The translations under genes and the position numbers were made by a program. From Vicinamibacterales bacterium (lineage in GTDB: Bacteria > Acidobacteriota > Vicinamibacteria > Vicinamibacterales > UBA2999), in contig JBEBGV010000001.1 of assembly GCA_040081265.1 (NCBI GenBank), forward strand, positions 28,279-92,278: a stretch of 64,000 bases of DNA, given 5' to 3'. Positions within the stretch are counted from its first letter, which is position 1; each line of letters begins with the position of its first letter. Positions 49,485 to 57,815 of the stretch are shown in pieces. The notes beneath the pieces are model-generated. The model worked only from the letters and a program-made list of their open reading frames with translations, was not told the origin of the DNA and did not search any database.

Positions 49485-50193
49485 GAAAGGTACACCGCTC
49501 TGGGTTAGACTCGCACCCATGCACCGCAGGGCGTTCGGCCGGCTCGGCTTCTCTGTCCTCCTGCTCCTGGCTGGACGGCCCGCCAGGGCCCAGCGTGTGG
49601 CTGAGTTCGTGCCGGACGTGCTGCCGCTTCTGCCCGTCACCGACGGCGTCATGTTCCCGAACGTCTCGAACGAAATCCAGATCCTCGCGCCCGAGCACAA
49701 GCTGCTGATCGAGGACGCGGTGAAAGAAGACAGTCTGATCGGCCTGGTCACCCTGACACCCGCAGCCCCGACAGCACCGCGCGGGCGCGGTGAGATCTTC
49801 CCGATCGGCGTGGTGTGCGTGGTCGACGATGTGCAGCGGCCCGCGGATGGGCGCCTCTACATCAGGGTGCGGGCGGTCATGCGTTTCAAGGTGATCAGCG
49901 AGGACAGGACGCGGGCGTATCGGATGGGCCACCTCGAGCTCAAGCCGGAGACGCTGACTCCAGCCGACGCGATGACGCTCAGCACCCTGCGCGAGCAGAT
50001 CGACGAGCTGGTGAAGATCGTCGAGCCGATCGTCCTGCCAAGACGCGCAGACGATGACCACATCAACGAGCTGGCGTTCTACCTCGACATCGACCTGTAT
50101 GAACGCCAGTCGCTGCTGGATCAGGACGGGATCATCGCCCGCGCACGGGCGATGATCGAGTTGCTGACGATGAAGGCGGCGAATAAGCGCTAG
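49483..50193 (+). CDS. Stand-alone LON substrate-binding (Lon N-terminal) domain protein
   Basis: LPLLPVTDGVMFPNVSNEIQILAPEHKLLIEDAV...IGLVTL is typical of the Lon N-domain. A possible signal-like N-terminus is present (MHRRAFGRLGFSVLLLLAGRPARAQ). The start is uncertain (49483 or 49519). Confidence 0.7.
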   Translation: MKGTPLWVRLAPMHRRAFGRLGFSVLLLLAGRPARAQRVAEFVPDVLPLLPVTDGVMFPNVSNEIQILAPEHKLLIEDAVKEDSLIGLVTLTPAAPTAPRGRGEIFPIGVVCVVDDVQRPADGRLYIRVRAVMRFKVISEDRTRAYRMGHLELKPETLTPADAMTLSTLREQIDELVKIVEPIVLPRRADDDHINELAFYLDIDLYERQSLLDQDGIIARARAMIELLTMKAANKR

Positions 50194-51233
50194 TTCGCCG
50201 GCAGAAGACCGAGCTGGGCCGGGAAGATCATCGCATCGATGATGAACCAGTTTTCCTTCAGCTTGCCCCCCTCCCACTTCACGATCTCGATGAACGGCAC
50301 CGTGGCAGCTTTGCCAGTGGCCTTGCTGATGCCCATCGGCCGGTACGCGGCCGTGTTGGTGCCCGCGAATGTTCCCTCGGCGACTGTATAGTCGCCTGCG
50401 CCCCACACAGAAGTCAGCGTCAGCATCGCGTCGGGAAAGGCGGTAAAGAGCCCTTGGATCAGCGCGGAATTGCCCTTGCTGTCCAGGTCCTTGGGCTGCG
50501 TCTGGTCGTGGAACACCACATCGGGCGCGTTGAACGACTCGATGCCGGGGATGTCGTGCTTGTTGAACATCTCGAGCTGAGCGCGGTACGCGGCCGCGTT
50601 GGCACGCTCGGTCTCCGATCCCGTCGCCGCCACAATCACGGGCGACGCCACACCGGTCGTCGTGAGCGGGCGGCCAGGAGCCGGACTCAGCCCGAGCTGA
50701 TTCATGAACGTGCCGTTGTCCTGATAGCTGGCTTCCTTGATGGCCTTGTCACCGGCAGCGTTGCCCTGAACGATGTGCGCCATCAGATACCCGATCGGCT
50801 TGTTCGTCGCCGGCGTCTCTTTGCCGTCAGCTCCCTTGAGCGGGCCGGAGTTGGTGCCGGTCATCAGGGCAAGGCTGGCAATTGTGTCGCCGCTCGTGAG
50901 GACCAGCTGAAGCGCTCCCTTGAGGTCTGGAACCGCAGTGGCGAACTGTTGAGAGGAGGCGAGCACGGCGTCTGGGCCCTTCGCGGTCGCCATGGTCATG
51001 TCCTTCTGCACCGATTCGATCTCGTCGGCGTAGCAGCCCTTGAACGCCTCCCACGACTTGCTGTTGAACAGGCTCCAGCAGTTCTGGTACCACGCCACCC
51101 GCTCGGCCGAGGTCGCCACCTTCGGCGCAGCCGGCGCCTGCTCGGTCGTCGCCGGCTGTGATCCGCCGCAACCCGCGGCGACAACGCCCACGACAACCAC
51201 CAGTCCAAACCAACGTGAAAGCTGACGTGTCAT
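50190..51233 (-). CDS. Lipoprotein with two tandem SnoaL-like/ester-cyclase domains
   Basis: The start is at MTRQLSRWFGLVVVVGVVAAGCGG (lipobox). Two repeats follow with the FPD...GT..G...G...ATNKP/ATGK...W...D...QLGL pattern. The track ORF's upstream extension crosses a REP pair and is rejected. Confidence 0.75.
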   Translation of the reverse strand: MTRQLSRWFGLVVVVGVVAAGCGGSQPATTEQAPAAPKVATSAERVAWYQNCWSLFNSKSWEAFKGCYADEIESVQKDMTMATAKGPDAVLASSQQFATAVPDLKGALQLVLTSGDTIASLALMTGTNSGPLKGADGKETPATNKPIGYLMAHIVQGNAAGDKAIKEASYQDNGTFMNQLGLSPAPGRPLTTTGVASPVIVAATGSETERANAAAYRAQLEMFNKHDIPGIESFNAPDVVFHDQTQPKDLDSKGNSALIQGLFTAFPDAMLTLTSVWGAGDYTVAEGTFAGTNTAAYRPMGISKATGKAATVPFIEIVKWEGGKLKENWFIIDAMIFPAQLGLLPAN

Positions 51234-51268
51234 ACGCTTTGCTCCTTTGCAGTCACTTACGACCTCAC

Positions 51269-51335
51269 GCCGGGTCCTGCGGACCCGGCCTACGTACCGC
51301 CCCGACGTACGTAGGGCGGGTCCGCAGGACCCGCC
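51269..51335. repeat. REP-like elements, inverted pair (BIME-like)
   Basis: GCCGGGTCCtgcGGACCCGGCCTACGTAC (51269-51297) and GTACGTAGGGCGGGTCCgcaGGACCCGCC (51307-51335) lie immediately after the TonB-receptor stop. Confidence 0.85.
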
Positions 51336-51337
51336 GA

Positions 51338-54016
51338 TCACCGGGATTCGAAGGCGCCGAGATTGAGGTTCACCGTAAACGTCCGGCCGCGCGAAGGGGC
51401 GAACTGAAAATGCTCGCGGTAGTAGGTGTTCGCCAGGTTCTCGACTGCGAAGACGAGCCCGAGCCGATCGCGGCCGCGCGACAGGTCCACGCCCCATCCG
51501 AGCCGCTGAACGGTGAAGCCCTCGAGCGACAGCAGGTCCTGAGCAATCCGGAAGGGCGACGTGAGAAGCGTCGGCGTCACCCGCTCGACGTCGGTTTGCG
51601 TCCGCACGCCATACTCGACCCACCACCGGCCCCGCGGCTCGGTGAATCGAGCAGACGCTACCACCTTCACCGGGGTGATGTTGTCGGCGGGCGCCCCGTC
51701 GAGCGACGAACCGGTCAGCGGATCCACGCCATCGGTGATCGTTCCTCGTGTAAAGGCTCCCGACGCTGCGAGAGTCAGCACGCCCTGGCCGAGAGTGATG
51801 GGAGACGTTCCCGACAGCTCGACACCTGAGATGCGAACGTCGGCGTAGTTGGTCGCCTGTGCCAGCCCGCCCGACGGCGTCGTCGCCACGACGAGATCCT
51901 GGGCGACGAAGTCCTTGTACTGATTCACGAACCCGAACACACCGCCAGTCAGGTGGCGGAGGTTGATGGTGGCGCCAACGTCAACGTTGTTCCCGGTCTC
52001 TGGCCTGACCTTCACGTTCGGCGCGATGCTGCCTGCGGTCGCCGGGCCGGCAAAGAACATCTCCTCGAGGTTCGGGTGTCGGTAGCTGCGCCCGACGCGA
52101 ACGAAGGGGCTGATCTTCCCGCCAGCATTAGCGACCACACCGACGTCGCCGGTCAGCGCCTTGCGGGTGTAGGTGGCGCCGTTGGGGTCAGGCAGCGTCG
52201 AGGGATCAATCGCTGGACGGGCACCCGCGACGACCGCGTTGATGTCGTAGCCCGGCGTCGCCTTGCTGGTGACGTTGTAAAAGTCACCGCGGAGCCCGGC
52301 AACGAGAGACATCCGCGAGTGGAAACGCCACTCATCCTGAGCAAACACGGCGACGTCCCGCAGGCTGGCATCGGGCACACGCACGGGACGGGCGAGCGAC
52401 GCCGGCCCGAGCTGCACTGGCGACGGGAACACCACCGGCGCAGGCCCGCGAGCCCCGAGCACCACCTGACCGACCATCGACGTGGTCGTCGACGTCGTGC
52501 GCACATCACTGCTGCGATCGCGGTAGGCCGTGAGCCCGGTCGTCAACACGTGACGCGCGACTGGCGTGAACACCGCCAGCAGGTCGACGCCGGGCGTCCA
52601 GACGCGCTGTGTGGTCTGCGACAGGATGTCGAGCCTCATCACGGCGATCGGAAAAAACGCGTTCGCCGTCGGGGCTGGAAACTGGACGGGAAGCCGGTTC
52701 TGCAGCAGTCGTTCGGTGCGCTGGTAGTGCGCGGTCACCGACAGGTTCGCGAGCCACGGCGTCACGGCCTGCGCCTCGTACCGTACCGACGCGCGGTCAA
52801 GATCGCTCTGCGGCAACGAGGTCGCGTTGAAGAAGTAGGGCTGGGCAAAGTCAGGAAACCCCACGTCTTCCATCCGGCGCCGCTGGTAGCGCACGCGAAC
52901 GGTGCGCCGTTCTCCGACACGCACCAGACCTGAGGCGTTGACGAAATTGCCGCTGGCGCCTGAGCTCAACACTTCGTTGCTCGTGCGAACGTACGGGGCG
53001 TTGAAGGGGTCAGGAAAGGCACCGAAGGCAAAGCCGAAGTTGTCGTCGACGGTGTCGGCACGCCTGAGTTGTCCGGCCGTGAAGAACCGCCTGGTATCTT
53101 CGGTCGTCAGCTTCCCGGCTTTGTAGTTGTCGAAACTCTCCACGCCTGCCTGCAGGCGCACGGCGTAGCGAGGCGAGGTGAGGCCAATCGTCGCCGTGCC
53201 GCGGCGGCCCTTCTCGTTGCTGCTGAGGAAACCGTTGAAGCCGTACAGCGCCAGCGTCCGATCGGAGAAGGTCGGCTCGTTGGTGATGATGTTGATGGTG
53301 CCGGCCAGCGCGTCAGACCCGTAGAGCAAGGTGCCCGCGCCGTTGACGACTTCCACGCGACTGATCGCATCGACCGACACGAGACCGACTTCCGCCCCGG
53401 TGCGGTCCGTCGCCTGACGCGCCGTGTTGAGGCGTTCCCCGTCAACCAGGACAAGCAAGCGCGTCGAGTCGAGTCCTCGCAGACGCGGACGCACGCCAAA
53501 CGGACCGTTGCCCACCGGCGTCACGTTGGCGAGCGACGAGATGGCATCGCCGCTCGACAGCGTATTGCCCTGGGCAATCGACTCGCGCGTCAGACTTTCG
53601 ACGTGAAGCGGAATCTGTCGCGTCTCACGCTCGGCGCGCGTTGCGGTGACGCTGACCTCGGCAGTGACGCCACCGAGGTCGAGCGTCACCGGCACCTCGA
53701 GCTGCTGAGCGGCGTCGGCAACCAGCACCGTCCGCGCCGCCTCCGAGAAGCCGGCACGGGTGACGAGGACGAGGTAGGTGCCGACGGTGGGCACCTCGAC
53801 CCGGTAGCGACCCTGGCTGTCGGTTTCGACGACCACTTCCTGTCCGCTGGCCACGGCACGGAGCACGACCCGCGCACCCGCGAGAGAGGCTCCAGTCGAA
53901 TCGGTAACCTGACCACCGATCGTGGCGGCCGAGGCGGTCAGCCCGAAAGCGAGGAGAAAGATGATGGCAAAGGCGGCACGCCGAGTCGCGAACGCCGAAT
54001 GATGGGCACAAGACAT
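51338..54016 (-). CDS. TonB-dependent receptor with an N-terminal carboxypeptidase-regulatory-like domain
   Basis: 892 aa. It has a signal peptide, GGQVTDSTGASLAGARVVL (CarboxypepD_reg-like), a plug region (RVEVVNGAGTLLYGSDALAGTINIIT) and a beta-barrel that ends in an aromatic-rich C-terminus (NLNLGAFESR). Confidence 0.85.
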   Translation of the reverse strand: MSCAHHSAFATRRAAFAIIFLLAFGLTASAATIGGQVTDSTGASLAGARVVLRAVASGQEVVVETDSQGRYRVEVPTVGTYLVLVTRAGFSEAARTVLVADAAQQLEVPVTLDLGGVTAEVSVTATRAERETRQIPLHVESLTRESIAQGNTLSSGDAISSLANVTPVGNGPFGVRPRLRGLDSTRLLVLVDGERLNTARQATDRTGAEVGLVSVDAISRVEVVNGAGTLLYGSDALAGTINIITNEPTFSDRTLALYGFNGFLSSNEKGRRGTATIGLTSPRYAVRLQAGVESFDNYKAGKLTTEDTRRFFTAGQLRRADTVDDNFGFAFGAFPDPFNAPYVRTSNEVLSSGASGNFVNASGLVRVGERRTVRVRYQRRRMEDVGFPDFAQPYFFNATSLPQSDLDRASVRYEAQAVTPWLANLSVTAHYQRTERLLQNRLPVQFPAPTANAFFPIAVMRLDILSQTTQRVWTPGVDLLAVFTPVARHVLTTGLTAYRDRSSDVRTTSTTTSMVGQVVLGARGPAPVVFPSPVQLGPASLARPVRVPDASLRDVAVFAQDEWRFHSRMSLVAGLRGDFYNVTSKATPGYDINAVVAGARPAIDPSTLPDPNGATYTRKALTGDVGVVANAGGKISPFVRVGRSYRHPNLEEMFFAGPATAGSIAPNVKVRPETGNNVDVGATINLRHLTGGVFGFVNQYKDFVAQDLVVATTPSGGLAQATNYADVRISGVELSGTSPITLGQGVLTLAASGAFTRGTITDGVDPLTGSSLDGAPADNITPVKVVASARFTEPRGRWWVEYGVRTQTDVERVTPTLLTSPFRIAQDLLSLEGFTVQRLGWGVDLSRGRDRLGLVFAVENLANTYYREHFQFAPSRGRTFTVNLNLGAFESR

Positions 54017-54041
54017 CCGGTCATTGTAGCGCCCCGGGCCC

Positions 54042-55154
54042 CTATAAATAGAGGTGCAGTTGCAGGAGCACCGTGTGGATCGGGGTGCTGCCGCTCGGCT
54101 TGTCGCGATAGTAGGTGGTGTTCACGTTGACGTGGGTGCGAGGCAGAAGCGTGGCCGAGAGCGCCAGCCTGACGATCTGCGGCTGGGGCCCTGACTCGGT
54201 GCGAATCTGCGGTGACACCTTCAACCACAGGCCGCGAACGGCCTCGAAGGCGGTCTCGTTGACGAACACGAACGACGCGCCGTTGAGGTCGTCGCCGCGT
54301 ACGTCTCCTTGTGACCAGATCGTCAGCTTCGATGTGGGCGCAAACCCGAACGCGAGGCCCGCGGAACCCTCTTTCGGCGCGATGTCGGATTCAGCACGGA
54401 AGAGGCCGGAACCGACCACTGTCATCGCCGGTCCGAGATCGAGTTGCCATCGGCCTGATGCGTTGAACGATCGCGCCCGCTCATCGTCGATGATCGACTC
54501 GGCGAGCCCGGGCGACACCATGACCTGAACCAGGGAGCGGGACGTGTTGCGGCTGACCTCGAACCCGTAGACCTGGTCGTACTTGTCGAACCCGAGCCCG
54601 ACTCGGTTGTACGAGGTGTGATCGGCCAGGTGCACGCCGTAAGCAGGAAAGAATCGGCCGGCTCTGAAACCGAGGCCGCTCGTCGATTCGTAGGCCGCCC
54701 AGTGTTCGTAGGAACCGAAGGTCGGCTCGGGTTTCAACTCTCGACCGGCTTCCCCGTAGAACGTCCAGCCGTTCTTCTGAACCGCCGCAATGATGTCGGC
54801 GTTCATGAGGATGTTGCGGGAATCGGTGAAGCCGGCAAACGACGAGCGCACGCGCGATGGCCTGAGCTCGGCTCCGAGCTGCAGCGGTCCCAGCTTGTCG
54901 CCCAACGCGCCCCACAGGAACTGGGCCTCGGGCTCCGGAGCTGGATTGTCCGGGTCGACGGTTCCGCGATTGCCCGTCGTCGAGAGCTCACGGCTCGAGA
55001 GCGAACGGCCATAGGACGAGAGCAGGCCACCGCCGGCTGGAGAGATATGACACGACGTGCAGCGCGTGTACTGCTTCGACAGAAATGCCGGCTCCGCACC
55101 AGCCAACGACGCGAACAACACCAGGACCGCGGCGAAAGCGACGACACTTCTCAT
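54042..55154 (-). CDS. Secreted single-CXXCH (monohaem c-type) protein fused to a porin-sized beta-rich domain; candidate Cyc2-like cytochrome-porin
   Basis: Signal peptide MRSVVAFAAVLVLFASLAGA. The only two Cys residues lie in C32-T-S-C-H36 (nt 55047-55061). The remaining roughly 330 aa have alternating amphipathic strands and G/S/D/N turns, ending LLQLHLYL. The start overlaps the YceI stop (ATGA). Confidence 0.6.
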   Translation of the reverse strand: MRSVVAFAAVLVLFASLAGAEPAFLSKQYTRCTSCHISPAGGGLLSSYGRSLSSRELSTTGNRGTVDPDNPAPEPEAQFLWGALGDKLGPLQLGAELRPSRVRSSFAGFTDSRNILMNADIIAAVQKNGWTFYGEAGRELKPEPTFGSYEHWAAYESTSGLGFRAGRFFPAYGVHLADHTSYNRVGLGFDKYDQVYGFEVSRNTSRSLVQVMVSPGLAESIIDDERARSFNASGRWQLDLGPAMTVVGSGLFRAESDIAPKEGSAGLAFGFAPTSKLTIWSQGDVRGDDLNGASFVFVNETAFEAVRGLWLKVSPQIRTESGPQPQIVRLALSATLLPRTHVNVNTTYYRDKPSGSTPIHTVLLQLHLYL

Positions 55155-55804
55155 CGAGCATTCTCTCCAGACGAGGCTTCGAAGGTGACCTGTACGGTCA
55201 CCTGTTCTTTCACCCCGACGCCGAGATATCGGGGCTTGGCGATGCCGAACTCTTCGAGCACCACCGGAAACGACGCGCGCACGCGAATGCCTGATCCGCT
55301 GCGCCGAAGCTCCGCTTGTCCGGTCACGGCCCGTTCGGCGCCATGCAGGCGGAGCCGCGCGGTGAACGTGCCCTTGCCGACAGGTTCCGCGCCGGCGATT
55401 CCGCTGAGCCTGACGTCGGACAACACGGCGCGTGCGAAGTCGGGACCCTTGCCGACCTCGAGGTAATTGTCGCGCAGGTGCTGATTACGCAGGCTGATCC
55501 CGGTATCGAGCGCAGTGAGATCGACGATGAACTGACCGGCCCAGGGGTCGGCCGGGGTCGGGCCCGGCATGACCGAGCCACTCAGCAGTTTCGTTCTGGC
55601 CTCGAAGCTGCCGCCGATCGTCAGCGGACACTGCACGCGCACATCGCCTTCGCGGGCGACGAACGTTCCGGCGGTGCGTAGGGCGGGTCCAGTCTGTTCC
55701 GATGTACGTAGGCCGGGTCCAACCTGTCTTGATGTACGTAGGGCGGGTCCAAAGGACCCGCCGAACAGGCCCACGACTAGCGCAACCGTCCAGATCTGCG
55801 TCAT
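55151..55804 (-). CDS. YceI-family protein carrying an in-frame REP-derived 3 x 10-aa insertion after the signal-like segment
   Basis: The C-terminal roughly 170 aa are YceI-like (FIVDLTALDTGISLRNQHLRDNYLEV..., GTFTARLRLHGAERAV). The N-terminus reads MTQIWTVALVVGLFGG, then SFGPALRTSRQV/GPGLRTSEQT/GPALRTAG encoded by REP copies. Confidence 0.75.
   Translation of the reverse strand: MTQIWTVALVVGLFGGSFGPALRTSRQVGPGLRTSEQTGPALRTAGTFVAREGDVRVQCPLTIGGSFEARTKLLSGSVMPGPTPADPWAGQFIVDLTALDTGISLRNQHLRDNYLEVGKGPDFARAVLSDVRLSGIAGAEPVGKGTFTARLRLHGAERAVTGQAELRRSGSGIRVRASFPVVLEEFGIAKPRYLGVGVKEQVTVQVTFEASSGENAR
55674..55762. repeat. Three direct REP-derived units with 30-bp period inside the YceI coding sequence
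   Basis: GTGCGTAGGGCGGGTCC+13 nt; GTACGTAGGCCGGGTCC+13 nt; GTACGTAGGGCGGGTCCaaaGGACCCGCC. Only the last unit keeps the hairpin partner arm. Confidence 0.85.
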
Positions 55805-55805
55805 C

Positions 55806-56363
55806 TCACACGGTGAAGGTCAGCGTCGTCCCGCTGACCTGGGTCGGATACTGCGTCAACGCGCGGTTCGCTGGACCCGACGCGACACTGCCGCTGGTTG
55901 TGAACTGTGAGCCGTGAAAGGTGCACACATACCGACCATCCGCAAACCCTGTGACGGTGTTGGATTCGTGGGTGCAGGTTGCGTTGAGCGCCGTGTAGGT
56001 ATCTTGCCCGGTGTGTGCGACCAGGAACGCCCCGAGCGATGTTCTGACCAGCGCGGCCGATCCGACTGGGGTGAGGGCGGCGGCACCGTCCAAGGCGATC
56101 GACACCAGGCGCCCGGCAACGGTCGCGTTGACCGAGGCGAGTGGCGGGGCTGACACACTCGACGGCGAGGCAGGACCTCCGCCACAGCCGACGATGGCTC
56201 CCGCCGCAAGAAAGGACGCCGCCATGCAGGCACGGCTGCAGAATTCACGGCGGGTATGGACTTCGAACTCCGGGGATTTGTTCACGGGCGGCTCCACTGG
56301 GGCAGGCACGCGCCTGAAGTTAGCAAGAATCGGGACACACGCCCCCGCCCACGTGAACGCCAA
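55806..56363 (-). CDS. Rieske [2Fe-2S] domain protein with Tat-type signal and lipobox
   Basis: Contains CTHESNTV...CTFHGSQF (the Rieske CxH...CxxH ligands), TRREF twin-arginine followed by AAGAIVGCGG. The start codon is uncertain (no internal ATG before the signal; possibly GTG). Confidence 0.75.
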   Translation of the reverse strand: MAFTWAGACVPILANFRRVPAPVEPPVNKSPEFEVHTRREFCSRACMAASFLAAGAIVGCGGGPASPSSVSAPPLASVNATVAGRLVSIALDGAAALTPVGSAALVRTSLGAFLVAHTGQDTYTALNATCTHESNTVTGFADGRYVCTFHGSQFTTSGSVASGPANRALTQYPTQVSGTTLTFTV

Positions 56364-56435
56364 TTTCTTCCGGTTTTCTGCCTGAGGTACTGACCAGTCT
56401 GGGAAGCGCTTACGGTCACCGTCCTCGACAGGTAA

Positions 56436-56868
56436 CTACTGAACAGCCAGCAGCTCGATGTCGAAGATCAGCGTCGCATTGCCGGGGATGGGAGGGTTGC
56501 CTGCTGACCCGTATCCGAGGCTCGGCGGGATGATGAGCCGGCGCTGGCCACCCACCCGCATTCCTGGAACGCCCCGAATCCCAGCCCTGAATGACTCCTC
56601 CGGTCCCCAATGTGAAGGGGAACGGGGTTCGGCCAGGGGACAGCGACGAGTCGAATTGGGCGCCCTTGTTGCCCACGGCATTAGCGTCGTAGAGCCAGCC
56701 GGTGTAGTTCACGGTCAGGCGCCTGCCGTTGACCGCCTCCGCACCGGTGCCGACCACCAGATCGGTCTGCGAAAACGGCACGTTGGCTGACGGGGCCGTG
56801 GGAGAGGACGAGGAACCGCACGCGCTGACCGCGAAGACGGCACAGACAATCCAGTATCGAACGTTCAT
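56436..56868 (-). pseudogene. FKBP-type peptidyl-prolyl isomerase lipoprotein gene with a +1 frameshift (or a sequencing error)
   Basis: Frame A reads MNVRYWIVCAVFAVSACG...[28 protein letters not shown]. Frame B continues [44 protein letters not shown]-stop. The switch occurs at the C4/G4 run 56572-56575. Confidence 0.65.
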
Positions 56869-57031
56869 GAAAAGGCCTCTGGCCGTGCTCGACGGACCTG
56901 ATGGGGCGCTGACCTCTTCATGGTAGCTGAGGCAGGCGCTCACACGCGCATCGCGGGTTTTAGGCTAGTATTCAGCGTTCGCCCCGACGCCTCCGGCGGA
57001 AGACAGGTGGCAGAACACAAGGAGAGATCGA

Positions 57032-57589
57032 ATGCGTTTGATGACAACCACGTTCGGCGTTGTGCTGGGCCTGCTCATGGCCGCGGGCACTGCGGCCGCG
57101 CAGGCACCGGCGCCCCAGCCGATTACCAACCCCACGCCCGGCTGCACGGCGACGCCGGCGCAGATCGAGCAGGTACGCCAGGCGGGAATCGCCTTCACCC
57201 GCAGCGCCGGCGCCGAGCGCGTCGCGCTGGCTGACCCGAGCTACAAGCAGCACAATCCGGCCTTCGTCAAGGGCGCACGGGAAGCCGGGATGTCCGATTA
57301 CGACTACTTCAAGGCCCGCTTCGGTGGACCGCCCGCCGCCCGCGCAGGTGGACCTCCCCCGAACCCGAATCCTGCGCCGCCTGGGAACAACACCGAGATC
57401 GTCATGGTCGAGTGCGACCTGGTGACGGTGATCCACAAGAACAACCGCCAGGACCCGACCGCGGCGCCCGGCACGTTCTACGAGGTCTTCACCTTCGACA
57501 CCTTCCGGGTGCGCAACGGCAAGCTCATCGAGCACTGGGACGGCGCCGTGATCAACCCGCCCGCTCCGGCCGGCGGCCGCGGTAACTAG
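57032..57589 (+). CDS. Secreted NTF2/SnoaL-like family protein
   Basis: Signal peptide MRLMTTTFGVVLGLLMAAGTAAAQA, then YKQHNPAF...VFTFDTFRVRNGKLIEHWD, typical of the NTF2-like fold. Confidence 0.7.
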   Translation: MRLMTTTFGVVLGLLMAAGTAAAQAPAPQPITNPTPGCTATPAQIEQVRQAGIAFTRSAGAERVALADPSYKQHNPAFVKGAREAGMSDYDYFKARFGGPPAARAGGPPPNPNPAPPGNNTEIVMVECDLVTVIHKNNRQDPTAAPGTFYEVFTFDTFRVRNGKLIEHWDGAVINPPAPAGGRGN

Positions 57590-57605
57590 CACGATTTGGC
57601 GTATC

Positions 57606-57633
57606 GCCGGGTCCTCAGGGACCCGGCCTACGT
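57606..57633. repeat. REP-like element
   Basis: GCCGGGTCCtcagGGACCCGGCCTACGT. Confidence 0.8.
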
Positions 57634-57815
57634 TTTCGGGCTATAATCCTAGGGTCTGTGAATCGCACCTAGGATTCCCGCGGGACGTTCTCCGTTTCTC
57701 CCCAGGTTTCGCCCCTCACATTCGCGCGCCTCGTCTTGCGCGCCGTTCAATCAAAATCGTTCGCCTGCTACGCGCAATCGGGAATCGCTCCAGGCCATTT
57801 CAGGAGTAATCCCCT

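Noticed and set aside
55674-55762. An array with 30-nt periodicity that could be mistaken for a mini-CRISPR.
   Set aside because: There are only three units. The repeats are the REP head sequence found dispersed elsewhere, and the spacers (13 nt) are related to each other. The array lies inside an ORF and no cas genes are present.
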